Assembly: GCF_035084215.1 (NCBI RefSeq)
Contig: NC_090346.1
Span: 48,546,001 to 48,610,000, forward strand
From: Heptranchias perlo
Lineage: Eukaryota
DNA: 64,000 bases
Direction: 5' to 3'
The notes under the pieces are model-generated. The model was not told the origin of the DNA. It made no database searches and saw only the letters and a list, made by a program, of their open reading frames with translations. This document shows, piece after piece, positions 51,026-64,000 of this stretch. The position numbers and the translations under genes were made by a program. Each line of letters starts with the position of its first letter. Within the stretch, counting starts at the first letter, position 1.

Positions 51026-51345
51026 AATGTCAATATACTCCTTAGCTGTCACCAAATTCCTGTAGTTTATTCCTAAATGCAACATTTCTGTCACCCTCAT
51101 CTTACCCATTTTTCAAATTAATAGTTTGTTAATTTTTTATAGAAAAATGCAAAGGAGCTGCCCCATTGAATCACTGGGGAAGTGCACCGGCTGGTGTTTT
51201 ATTAAACCATGCATCAAAAAGTTAATTTTTAATCAGAATGCTTGGCACATTCTGCTGGCTTGGTTCTTGAAGATCCAGGCGACTGGGTGAATGCTCAGAC
51301 CGGGAGCTCACAAAACCCGTGACATATCGAGCAGATCCCCCGCTA

Positions 51346-51515
51346 ATGGCCGAGCACCCGATCTCCATCGGATCCGGTGAGATCGAGCAGGTTCTGCGGG
51401 ACACCGAGCTGCTCCCGGTGCTGGAGAGAGCGCTCGCCAACTTCTCGAGTGAAGGCGGCGGCGGCGGCGTGGAGCAGCCGGTCCGCAGCACCGTCCCGGT
51501 GGCGAAATACAACGG
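51346..51515 (+). CDS. CRYM: CRYM (mu-crystallin / ketimine reductase) exon 1
   Basis: LERALANFSS..GGVEQPVRSTVPVAKYNG, donor gtgaga, CpG-rich. Confidence 0.93.
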
Positions 51516-51709
51516 GTGAGAATGTTTAACCGGCGATTGCGGTAAAGCAGCCCGGGGCCGAGAGGAGTCCGGGAGCCCGGGGCCGAGAGGAGTCCGGGAG
51601 CCCGGGGCCAACTTCATCCCGCACCCCGGTCTCTTCACAAGAAACGCTCACTCCGTGCAACACCTTTGCTGGCAGTCGTGCAATAGATCGGGGCGGGGCT
51701 GAGGGACAA

Positions 51710-52000
51710 ACTCTCACAGGTCTCACACTCACTGTCTCACACTCACTCACCCACCTCACTCTCACACTCACCTCACTCTCTCACACTCATTTGCCTCACT
51801 CACTTACACTCACACGCTTCACTCCCTATCTCACTCTCCTATACCTCACTCCACTCACACTCTCTCCACTCACATTCACTTTCTCACACTCACTCCACTC
51901 ACACTCATTCACTCTTGCATTTCACTCACTATCACGCTCTCTCATACTCACTCCTCACTCACTCTCACTCCTCACTCACTCTCACTCCTCACTCACTCTC
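51710..52000. repeat. C/A/T low-complexity (CTCA/CACT)-like simple repeat in CRYM intron 1
   Basis: Nearly G-free tract. Confidence 0.9.
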
Positions 52001-52199
52001 AGGGTAGAGTGGGTCACACGTGACTCGACATTTCACGTGTAATCAGTGATTTGACACGGCCCAGTTCCCTGCAACAAATGCTACAGGTTTTTTTATACTT
52101 CATGTCCAGGCGCGAGTGAAAGTTGCTGTAATTTTTGTAACTAGTCGAATATTTTCTGCTTTGTGTAAATACTCACCTTGTTTCCTCTTTTTCCGTTGA

Positions 52200-52409
<210 letters not shown>

Positions 52410-52885
52410 TAACAGCTGTGGGTTTGGGGCCCCCACTCCCTCACTGTATGGGTTGTGGGAGCCCATAATCCCTCTCGCCATCTGGGACTAACCCCCCCGA
52501 ACTGCTGGTGTAAGGATGGTTAAGGCCATAGAAGGAGCGTTCCCATTACAGCCTGTCAGACTGTTAATCAGCCTGCGAATCCTTCCATTATTTCACACTA
52601 TTCTCCAAGGGAAGAGCGTAAAGATACAACAGCACCCTGTCGGACTGTGACTCAGCCTCCGTTTGGTACAGCGATGGAGACGAGTCTAAATCAAAGTGAA
52701 CTTCATTTTTCTTGGGCTCCGAGGTTGACTAGCGACAGACCGGAGGGGTTTGGGGGTTAATGGGATGTGAAGCAAGGCTTTTTCCACAAAAACTTTGGAT
52801 GGATAATTGGAGTGTAAATAATGGAGGCCGAGCTGTGTATAATTTGTTTAAGGGTGGTTCATTTATCGCTGTATTGTTTCTGTAG

Positions 52886-52948
52886 GTGATGGATGGACGA
52901 GTGATCACTGAAAGGAGAACGGCCTTGGTTTCTGCCATAGCAACTAAG
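52886..52948 (+). CDS. CRYM: CRYM exon 3 (VMDGRVITERRTALVSAIATK)
   Basis: 63-nt AG/GT exon with the conserved IT..RTA motif. Confidence 0.95.
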
Positions 52949-53438
52949 GTAATGAAAAATTGCCACTATGTGGAAAATCCTCACCACTAAATCACAAGGG
53001 GCATTCCTTCCCATGAGTGGCCCATTTTCTGCCCATATCTCCTGAGGACATCTTGCTCTGAGCTATGGATCCATGGCAGCAGATAATGACCATCTTCCAA
53101 TGCCTCACCTAAGTGGTCATTCGTGTGTGAGCTTAGTTAATGTTGACAGGCTGTTTGACAACAAAGACATCACATCCAAGCCCATTTCTAACCTCACCTT
53201 ACACATCCTTATCGAATTTAAAATTCTCATCCTTGTGTTCAATTCCCTCCATGACCTCCCCCCTCCCTATCTCTGTAACCTCCTCCAGCCCTACAATCCT
53301 CCGAGATCTCTGCGCTCCTCCAATCCTTGTCTCTTGCGCATCCCCAATTTTCTTCGCCCCTCCATTGGTGGCCGTGCCTTCAGCTGCCTCGGCCCTAAGC
53401 TCTGGAATTCCATCCCTAAACCTCTCCGCCTCCTCCTT

Positions 53439-54875
53439 CCGACAATGTGGATAATTGCCCAGGTATGTCCTGTCCAGAAAAAGCAGGACAAATCCAATCT
53501 GGCCAATTACCGCCCCATCAGTCTACTCTCAATCATCAGCAAAGTGATGGAAGGTGTCGTCGACAGTGCTATCAAGCGGCACTTACTCACCAATAACCTG
53601 CTCACCGATGCTCAGTTTGGGTTCCGCCAGGACCACTCGGCTCCAAACCTCATTACAGCCTTGGTCCAAACATGGACAAAAGAGCTCAATTCCAGAGGTG
53701 AGGTGAGAGTGACTGCCCTTGACATTAAGGCAGCATTTGACCGAGTGTGGCACCAAGGAGCCCTAGTAAAATTGAAGTCAATGGGAATCAGGGGGAAAAC
53801 TCTCCAGTAGCACAAAGGAAGATGGTAGTGGTTATTGGAGGCCAATCATCTCAGCCCCAGGGCATTGCTGCAGGAGTTCCTCAGGACAGTGTCTTAGGCC
53901 CAACCATCTTCAGCTGCTTCATCAATGACCTTCCCTCCATCATAAGGTCAGAAATGGGGATGTTCGCTGATGACTGCACAGTGTTCAGTTCCATTCGCAA
54001 CTCCTCAAATAATGAAGCAGTCCGAGCCCGCATGCAGCAAGACCTGGACAACATCCAGGCTTGGGCTCATAAGTGGCAAGTAACATTCGCGCCAGATAAG
54101 TGCCAGGCAATGACCATCTCCAACAAGAGAGAGTCTAACCACCTCCCCTTGACATTCAACGGCATTACCATCGCTGAATCCCCCACCATCAACATTCTGG
54201 GGGTCACCATTGACCAGAAACTTAACTGGACCAGCCATATAAATACTGTGGCTACGAGAGCAGGTCAGAGGCTGGGTATTCTGCGGCGAGTGACTCACCT
54301 CCTGACTCCCCAAAGCCTTTCCACCATCCACAAGGCACAAGTCAGGAGTGTGATGGAATACTCCCCACTTGCTTGGATGAGTGCAGCTCCAACAACACTC
54401 AAGAAGCTCGACAACACCATCCAGGACAAAGCAGCCCGCTTGATTGGCATCCCATCCACCACCCTAAACATTCACTCCCTTCACCACTGGCGCACTGTGG
54501 CTGCCAGTGTGTACCATCCACAGGATGCACTGCAGCAACTCGCCAAGGCTTCTTTGACAGCTCCTCCCAAACCCGCGACCTCTACCACTTAGAAGGACAA
54601 GAGCAGTAGGTACATGGGAACAACACCACCTGCACGTTCCCCTCCAAGTCACACACCATCCCGACTTGGAAATATATCGCCGTTCCTTCATCGTCGCTGG
54701 GTCAAAATCCTGGAACTCCCTTCCTAACAGCACTGTGGGAGAACCTTCACCACACGGACTGCAGCGGTTCAAGAAAGCGGCTCACCACCACCTTCTCAAG
54801 GGCAATTAGGGATGGGCAATAAATGCTGGCCTCGCCAGCGACGCCCACATCCCATGAACGAATAATAAAAAAAAA
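53439..54875 (+). mobile_element. 5'-truncated LINE family A copy inserted in an L2-like fragment (53200-55010)
   Basis: RT motifs and A tail; the L2-like sequence resumes at GCTCCTTAAAACCTACC. Confidence 0.9.
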
Positions 54876-55414
54876 TGCTCCTTAAAACCTACCTGACCTA
54901 TTATCTCCTGATGTGGCTTGGTGTCATATTTTGTCCGATAATCGCTCCTGTGAAGTGCCTTGGGACATTTTACTACATTAAAGGCACTATATAAGTGAAA
55001 GTTGTTGTTCTAGTTGTTACAAGGATGCCAACCAGGAGCAGCAAACCTGACTGAAATTCCTGCTCCCTAGCTCAGTGGTGCCGAGGGCAATTCCCCATCC
55101 CCAATAGCACCAGGGCAGAGATCATTTAACTCAACACAGACCAGAGGTTAAACCTGGACCTTCCTCCTCTCTGTAGGCTAAGTGGGGCCGTGACTCACTG
55201 AGCCATTGAAGGAGTCCCTTAAGTTATCATTTCAGTTTATAAACTATAACCAGTGGCTCCCCTAGATAATAAACACAGCAGAGTATAGTCAGGGCTCCAG
55301 TCTCAACTGGGGGCTCTGACAGTATGTATGCAGTTTGTCAACTGACCCTTTTTTCAGGTGAGACATTAAGCTGAGGCCTCGTCTACCTGTTCAGGTGGAC
55401 ATTAAGGATCCCAC

Positions 55415-55760
55415 AACATAAGAACATAAGAAATAGGAGCAGGAGTAGGCCATTCGGCCCTTCGAGCCTACTCCGCCATTCAATCAGATCATGGCTGATC
55501 TTCGACCTCAACTCCACTTTCCCGCCCGATCCCCGTATCCCTTGATTCCCCTGGAGTCCAAAAATCTATCCATCTCAGCCTTGAATATACTCAACGACTC
55601 AGCATCCACAGCCCTCTGAGGTAGAGAATTTCAAAGATTCACAACCCTCTGAGTGAAGAAATTTCTCCTCATCTCTGTCTTAAATGGCCGACCCCTTATC
55701 CTGAGACTATGCCCTCTAGTTCTAGACTCTCCAGACAGAGGAAACATCCTCCCAGCATCT
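55415..55760 (-). mobile_element. CR1 3' fragment nested in a Deu SINE
   Basis: (CATAAGAA)n tail; SINE core sequence on both flanks. Confidence 0.75.
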
Positions 55761-56088
55761 CAACGCTGCTCAAAGAAGAGCAAGGGAGCTTCTTCCGGTG
55801 CCCTGGGCTAACATCCCTCCCTCAACCTGATCGTTCATCTCATTGCTGCCTGTGGGATCTTGCTGTGTGCAAAATGGCTGCCGTGTTTCCCTAGATAACA
55901 GTCACTCCGATTCAAAGTATTTTTGCGGAATGCTTCATTCCATACAGCTGCAGGAACAGATGCAGGACTGGGACAGATGACTATAGTTCATAAAGCCAGC
56001 CCCAAAGGTTGTCAGATATCATACACTCTGCTACCTCATCGAGAGGAACACTGAAGCTGTTTTCTTCAATTCAGATTCCGTGTCTTAA

Positions 56089-56253
<165 letters not shown>

Positions 56254-57364
56254 TGAAAAGAGGAGCAATTTTATGATTGCTTGTGTGAATTTGGATTAAG
56301 TTACTTACACAATTTAATTCCCTTTACCTTTAACACATTAATATATTAGTGCAAATTCTTCGCTCCACTACTTTAACACAACCCATTTAAGGTAAAAGGG
56401 CCCACTGCATGAAAATAGCATAGACGGAAATTAATGCAAACTAAAATTGGAACAGGCGGAGGGAATTAAACCCAGCGATTGTTCTTTTTCTTTGTGTAAG
56501 GTGACACTCTACCTTGAATTTATTTTCTCCCTTTTCTGAAATACCAGAGGCAGGAAGGGGGAGGGGTGGACAATCTGCTGCCTATCATTCACCTGTGTTC
56601 TGGTTCCTAGGGGCTGTCTGAGAGGAGGCAGGGATTCCCCATAGGAATGCCCCTCCTCCTCTGTCAGTTGCCTCCTGATACCAGCACATCCAAGTGTTGA
56701 CGCCTCTGTTATTTGGAGGGTCACGAGTGAGGAGGGGGTTCCACCCATATCCGGGTTTGGACGGGACAGTCTGTTTTGGGGTGAAAGTTTCTAATGTGTG
56801 AGCAGAACCCCCAAAAGTCTAATTTTTAAAAACCAGGGTCTTTCGTCCTCAGGATGTGAAGATGGTAAAAATTACAATTTTCACCAGCATCGAATTAAAC
56901 ACCAGGTTTTGAGCCACAAACCAATAACCACCCCTTGTACTCGGTAAAAGGCTAACAACTGTATGAGTGGAGAATCCAGTCCCACCTCCTCTCCCCACCC
57001 CCAAAGCTCTGTTTGGGGGGGGTCTCTTGTTCAATATTTCTTTTTTCTAAAAATGTTTATTTTTCTAAAGAACTTTTTGACATTTTTGAGTTGCACAGTA
57101 CCAGCATTCAGTATTTCACAAGCAAATGTAAAAAGGAATCCATGAACCAGCACACAAGAAGGCTTTTCAACCCATCGTATCTGTGCTGGAATTTTATAGG
57201 AGAGATCTAAAACTAACCCCACTGCCCTGGATTCTCCCCACAGCCCTGCATCTTCCTCTGCTTCAAATATTTATCCAATTTTCCCTTAAAAAAAAATGCA
57301 ATGGTCTCTGCCTCAATCACTTCCTGGGACAAAGCATTCCATGCTTCAACAGCCCTGTGTGTGT

Positions 57365-57695
57365 GTCAGCCGTGCTCAGTGGGTAACGCTCTCATCTCTG
57401 AGGTAGAAGGTCGTGGGTTCTAAGCCCTGCTGTAGAAACTCGAGCACATAATCTAGGCTGACACCCCAGAGCAGTACTGAAGGAACGCTGCACTGTCAGA
57501 GCTGCTATTTTTCGGATGAGACGTTAAACCGAGGCCCCGTACTGTCCTCCCGGGTGGAAATTAAAGATCCCATGTTACTACTGCAAAGAAGAGCAGGGGG
57601 GAGTTCTCCCCGGCGTCCTGGACAATATTTATCCCTTAACCAGTATCACTAAAACAGATGGTCTGGTCATTTATCACATTGCTGTTTGTGAGATC
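57365..57695 (+). mobile_element. Deu-domain SINE
   Basis: tRNA head plus Deu core. Confidence 0.8.
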
Positions 57696-57868
57696 ACAAG
57701 TAGAAATAATCTATCCATAGTCACTCTGTCAAAACCCGTCATAATTTTAACGGGCTTGGTTAAATCTCCTCTTGGCTTCTTTGCTCCAGTGGAAATAATC
57801 CCAGTATCTCGATCATTTATTTATGTGCTTTATTTTCAATTATAATAACTTGTGTTTCATTGATTTGA

Positions 57869-58066
<198 letters not shown>

Positions 58067-58419
58067 TAACAACCTCCCCAGACCAGAGGCTTTAGAAGTT
58101 GTTGGGAAATATTTACCGTAGTGTTTCTGTTTGGAGTCAGTGTGCTGAGAATTTATACAACAAGTTTTGGGGGATGTTTTCAAAAGCTTAACTTAAGGAA
58201 ACTTTACAGAATCTTGGGGGACGGGGCTTATGGGTCTCAAAGGCATAAAACCACAGCAGGAAAGCATTGGGGCATCGATCTCGCCCGTGATTGGTTCAAT
58301 CCCAGGGTTCAGTGTGTTCCAATCCCACCGTTTCTCATTTTTGTTCCTTTCCCGCTTTTTCTCTTGCCCTTTCATATCTTCAGGATGTTCCAATATGCTT
58401 TGCATCCAATCAAGTATTT

Positions 58420-58730
58420 ATGCAGTATGTAATCACTGTTGTTATATAGGAAAACACAGGAGCAAAATTTGCGCACAGCAAGATCCCACAAACAGTAAAT
58501 GAAATGAGTTGCAAGCTAATCTGTGGTTCGCTGAGGGGTGAATGGACGGAACAACTCGCTGCTCCTCTTGAAATGTGCCCTGGGGTCTCGAACATCCATC
58601 TGAACCACAAGGCATTAGTTTAACGGCACCTCTGACAGTGCAGCACTCCCTCAGTACTGCACTGGGAGTGTCAGCCTGGATTATGTGCTCAAGTCTCTGG
58701 ACTGGGGCTCGAACCCACGACCTTCTGAAG
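58420..58730 (-). mobile_element. Deu-domain SINE, decayed
   Basis: Similar to 2295-2760. Confidence 0.7.
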
Positions 58731-58790
58731 GTCTATGGGGGAGGGGGAAAGCTCATAAAAAAAGCTGTTTGTTGGCAAGCCTTAGAATGA

Positions 58791-59003
<213 letters not shown>

Positions 59004-59792
59004 TGATATTATCGCTGAGCTCGTCACTTATTCTTAATCCTCTGGCTGATCTGAAGGCTGCAGGACACTGAATTCAGTTAATTGTTTCCATCCTTCCCCT
59101 TGCAGCCCTCTGCTTGGTGACCTCCAGCCGAGGTCACGCAGAGTCCAACCTCCTCTTTGCTCCACTCTGTTGCCGTGGAAATCATTTTTTAAAACTATTA
59201 ACTTTCTGATACTGAAACATCCCATAGCTTTATTCGCCCATCATATTCCGCAGAAACTAACACAAGAGCTCACTTGATGCCTCGGTGAGTTGCTGAATCG
59301 CACGGACCAGGAAGCTCGCAGGTTTAATTCCTGGTTCAAGCCTGATTGGGGGCTGCAATCATCGAGTTGTGATTGGCCTTAGAGCCCCTGCATTGGGGGA
59401 AGGGGAAAATCAGTCCCCTCCTGATCACTAGTCAGTGACACACTGCCTCCCCACCCCACCGCTGGAAAGTGCATGTGTGTTGGTGTCCAGTGAGAATATG
59501 TCATGATGCCCACCATAGTCGAATAGCCTCAACTGTTGAAGCTCACACGTGAAGACTGGCCACTTGAGCGAGGAAGGGGAGGAAATTGTCAAAGTGGGGA
59601 AAAAAATGAGTGCGGTAATGTTCAAATGAGAACTTCGAGTCAGATTGTAAAATATGTTACCAAACTCGCACTGACTAAATGGAATCCTGATTGTATCCAA
59701 GTACTGAACTGCCCTTCAATTGCCACTTGTTGGATTTAACTGCTCTTTTAATTAAAGCCATAAACAATCAGTAATTGAAAAGAATTTGTTGA

Positions 59793-60047
<255 letters not shown>

Positions 60048-60184
60048 TGAAAAAATAGTAACTTTGAGACACATTTTATTCAGGTGTAGAATTTGCTTAA
60101 TTGTCACGGTTTGGCATCAAAGGATAAATAATTCAGGCAAACGCACGATAACCTGCTGTTCAATCCAGCAGCTATAGCACAAAA

Positions 60185-60420
60185 TAAAAACAGAAAGTAC
60201 TGAAAAACACTCAGCAGGTCAGGCAGAGAAACAGTTAATGTTTCAGGTCGATGACCTTTCGTCAGAGCTCTCCATTCCTGTTCACTGTCACTAATCTCAG
60301 CTTTAGTTTGTTGTTCTGGTGTTTTTGTTTCTGATGAAAGGTCATCGACCCGAAACATTAACTCTGTTTCTCTCTCCATAGATGCTACCTGACCTGCTGA
60401 GTATTTTCCAGCATTTTCTT
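60185..60420. mobile_element. Penelope-like inverted-repeat element (second family) with hammerhead cores
   Basis: CTGATGA-aaggtcatcgaccc-GAAA at 60331-60355 and a mirror copy on the - strand at 60241-60265. Confidence 0.7.
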
Positions 60421-61049
60421 TTGTCCACTTGAACTGTGTGTTTTATGGGTCAGTTACGCTAAAGTTTTTGCATCGTACAAACCAGAAACTGAATTACGTT
60501 GACCCACAGATGCAGTATAACTCTGGTCTTGTTTCCACTTTGACTGCTCTCTGGGATACCATTTCACAGGCACTATTCGCCCTCCAAATTGTGTGTGGTT
60601 TTTTTTGTGCGTGTGAGCGTCAGCAGGTTGTCCAACTGCTGGGGCATCTCAGCCAAGCCTACCCGCTCCTCACCTGGCCTCCGTGTACTTCCAGCAGGGG
60701 TCGCTGGTGACCAGGGGTGAGGATCCTGGCTGATTCACGGGCACTGAGGACATTTGGAGCAGTGAACTCAACACAGACTGAGGGGGGAATTGAACCCGGG
60801 ACCATCCTGCTTTGAGTCAGTGAATAAACCCACTGGGACATCGGGGAAAGACAGGACTGCGGCGAAGCCATCTTTTAAACTTTTAGAAAGATCCAGCAAG
60901 TCTGCTTTGCCTTTGTAGTGTTGGCATTACCTTGATGAGCACAAGAATGGACATACCCAGTGCACAGAATCTGTGTAAAACCAGTCAGTCCTGTGTCTTA
61001 AATGAAGCTTTGAGCGCTGAAGTGTTTTTGTGTTGTTTGTTTCTTCCAG

Positions 61050-61126
61050 GAATGGCCATTGAAGATGCGGTGGCAGCAAAGCTGGTTTATGACAGATGGG
61101 AAGTCAAAAATAAACAGAAATCATAA
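61050..61126 (+). CDS. CRYM: CRYM exon 8 (GMAIEDAVAAKLVYDRWEVKNKQKS*)
   Basis: Completes FKSLGMAIED; total CDS 951 nt = 316 aa. Confidence 0.95.
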
Positions 61127-63259
61127 TGTAAAAATATTCTTTTCATTTCTACTGAAGGTCATTTAACTGAATCAAATGGTGTCGAATCAGAATAATGGGA
61201 CACCTGACAGAAATTAATGATGCATTTCATTCAAACAGTCTGTGAAAACACAAACCTTGTGATAACAAGACTCTTCAATCTTGTACAACTAAAGTATCAT
61301 TTGTTGAACATCAACCCAAGTGTTACCAGTGTTTGAAACGTGTTTGGTTTCATCACCTTATAGAATCATATAGCACAGAAGGAGGCCATTTGGCCCATCG
61401 TGCTGTGCCTCTTTGAAAGAGCTGTCCAATTAGTCCCACCCTCCTCGCTTTCTCCCTATAGCCCTGCAAATTTCTCCTTTTCAAGTATATCTACATACAC
61501 GGACTGCAGTGGTTCAAGAAGGCGGCTCACCACCACCTTCTCCAGGGCAATTAGGGATGGGCAATAAATGCTGGCCTTGCCAGCGACGCCCACATCCCAT
61601 GAACGAATAAAAAAATACATACCTTGTGTCAAAACATTTAAAGCTATTTTTGGTGGGATATTATTGGCTAGGACACTGGGAGAACTATCTGCCCCAAAGC
61701 CTGTGATGTGGGTCTGAGCGCCACCATCTCCTGGGCCAGACCGGAGACTGTCGCTAACTGAGCCAAACTGCCACACCTTGATCTTGTGCTGTATGTAGAC
61801 TGCAAGTTATTATTGAGACTATCAGCTGATTTTGCATTTGCCTTGATCAAACAGAAATAAAAAAGCCTTAAATCCCTGTGTTTTGTGTTAGTCCTTTCTT
61901 GATTGGTGTGAGGGATTATTTTAACAGGGTCTTTGTTAGTTTGCGATTGATCCAATCTAGCAGCGATTGGAAGAGGCTTTGATGAGGTGGAATGATGGAA
62001 GTTGTGAGGTGGGGACGGGTTTGTAGATGAGGGCGTAGTGGTGGAGGAAAATAGGAAGATGTGGAGAGGAATGTTCACACTTCCCATGACAGAGATATTG
62101 GGATTAATCAAGGATTATGTGGCATAACTGGAAACGATTCCCTTGGGAAGCACAATCTCCCAGCGTAACGGCAGTGGGAGATTGGCAAAACCCCAGAGGT
62201 TTTTTTTTACTGTTTACGCCATTTCTCCTGAGATTCTGCCAGACAACGTCCATGGAATTTCCAGGTTTCTATTTTTCCTTTTGATTTATTATTGTCCTTA
62301 ACTAGACTGCCTGAGACTATGTGGCCATTAGCAGCATTGTGTTTTGCATCATTGAGCATGAATTAATCAAGTCCCCTGTAAAATTCTACACAGCACAGAA
62401 AACCATTTATTAATGGAAGAGGAATGGTGAGAGATATGAAGACAGATCGGCAGCGCACACACCTGCATGAGAGCCAGTCAGGTCTATAAATCCCGCATCC
62501 CATATAAACATCACCTCTCCATCCCAGGAGAGGCTGAGCCTGTAAGGGCATGTCCCACACAGAACAAGGGTAGCTCAGGGTCAGTCATGCTAGGGTCCAG
62601 GTTAGGCTCTGCATCTTCAGGAGAGAATAACTTTCCTCACATCAGAAAACCAATGGCACTAACAACAGAGATTAGAATTACATTACAGCATAGTAACAGG
62701 CCATTCGGCCCAACTGTTCTATGCCAGCATTTATGCTCCACACGAACCTCCTCCCATCCCTCTTCATCTAACCCTCTCGGCATATCCTTCTATTCCTTTC
62801 TCCCTCCTGTGTTTATCCAGCTTCCCCTTAAATGCATCTGTGCTATTTGCCTCAATCACTCCTTGCAGCAAGTTTCACATTCCCACCACTCTCTGGGTAA
62901 AGAAGTTTCTCCTGAAATCTCTATTGGATTTATTGGTGATTGTCTTCTATTTATATTGGAGGACTGTTAATTTGATGCAGTTAATGCAGTGCACTACATC
63001 AAAAATAGCTATTTTACAATTTGTTGGCATTGAATCACCTTTAATGCACATGGTGATTTGTATCTGTCCACAGTTACACATTAGTGTTACAAAACAAACT
63101 GACTAACTGAAGAACAGCTTAAAGGAGGGAGGAATTCCCAATAACAGTTAACGACCTATAGTTACAGAGCAATTTTAATAAATTTTAAGGATTAAATAGC
63201 ACGAGTAGAACAAACATTTAAAAGGATCAGGTGTGTTGTACAAGTACAGAAACAGAAAT

Positions 63260-63835
63260 ATAGAATCATAGAAGTTTACAACATGGAAACAGGCCCTTCG
63301 GCCCAACATGTCCATGTCGCCCAGTTTATACCACTAAGCTAGTCCCAATTGCCTGCACTTGGCCCATATCCCTCTATACCCATCTTACCCATGTAACTGT
63401 CCAAATGCTTTTTAAAAGACAAAATTGTACCCGCCTCTACTGCTGCCTCTGGCAGCTCGTTCCAGACACTCACCACCCTTTGAGTGAAAAAATTGCCCCT
63501 CTGGACCCTTTTGTATCTCTCCCCTCTCACCTTAAATCTATGCCCCCTCGTTATAGACTCCCCTACCTTTGGGAAAAGATTTTGACTATCTACCTTATCT
63601 ATGCCCCTCATTATTTTATAGACTTCTATAAGATCATCCCTAAACCTCCTACTCTCCAGGGAAAAAAGTCTCAGTCTATCCAACCTCTCCCTATAAGTCA
63701 AATCATCAAGTCCCGGTAGCATCCTAGTAAATGTTTTCTGCACTCTTTCTAGTCTAATAATATCCTTTCTATAATAGGGTGACCAGAACTGTACACAGTA
63801 TTCCAAGTGTGGCCTTACTAATGTCTTGTACAACT
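63260..63835 (-). mobile_element. CR1 3' fragment
   Basis: ORF YKTLVRPHLEYCVQFWSP...GYGPSAGNWD and (CTATGATT)-type tail. Confidence 0.92.
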
Positions 63836-64000
63836 CCTGTATTCAATGTTCTGACCAATGAAACCAAGCATGCTGAATGCCTTCTTCAGAAGGTCCATCA
63901 GGATTTCAGGCATAGTTCCTTCGTCAGAACCTTTCTGGTCTTTGAGGTGAGGGTTGTCAGCATTGGAGGATAGAACTCTTCCCATTTCAGGCAGCCAATG

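Noticed and set aside
53073-53810. 245-aa chimeric ORF
   Set aside because: Accidental in-frame junction of an L2-like relic and a truncated LINE in CRYM intron 3

Overview
Eukaryotic (vertebrate) genomic DNA, most likely from a cartilaginous fish; this is inferred from the repeat content (Deu-domain tRNA SINEs, CR1 LINEs, L2 relics, Penelope-like hairpins). Four spliced protein-coding genes were reconstructed by hand from GT-AG exons. UQCRC2 (- strand, exons 1-5) runs off the left edge. SNU13/NHP2L1 (+, 3 coding exons, 128 aa) is head-to-head with UQCRC2. An unnamed BTB-BACK-Kelch gene (-, 8 coding exons, 598 aa) follows, then CRYM/ketimine reductase (+, 8 exons, 316 aa). Introns and intergenic DNA are dense in retroelements, including a young CR1 with a ~890-codon open frame nested inside another LINE. 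Most interesting observations: (1) a box C/D-type kink-turn hairpin enclosing the predicted branch point next to the last 3' splice site of SNU13, a candidate splicing autoregulation switch; (2) a 3.2-kb LINE with a tRNA-derived head, no ORF1 and a matching internally deleted SINE; (3) Penelope-like hairpin insertions with minimal hammerhead ribozyme cores and long target duplications; (4) promoter minisatellites that multiply YY1-like and PBX/PREP-type motifs. All family assignments are from recognition, not database searches.
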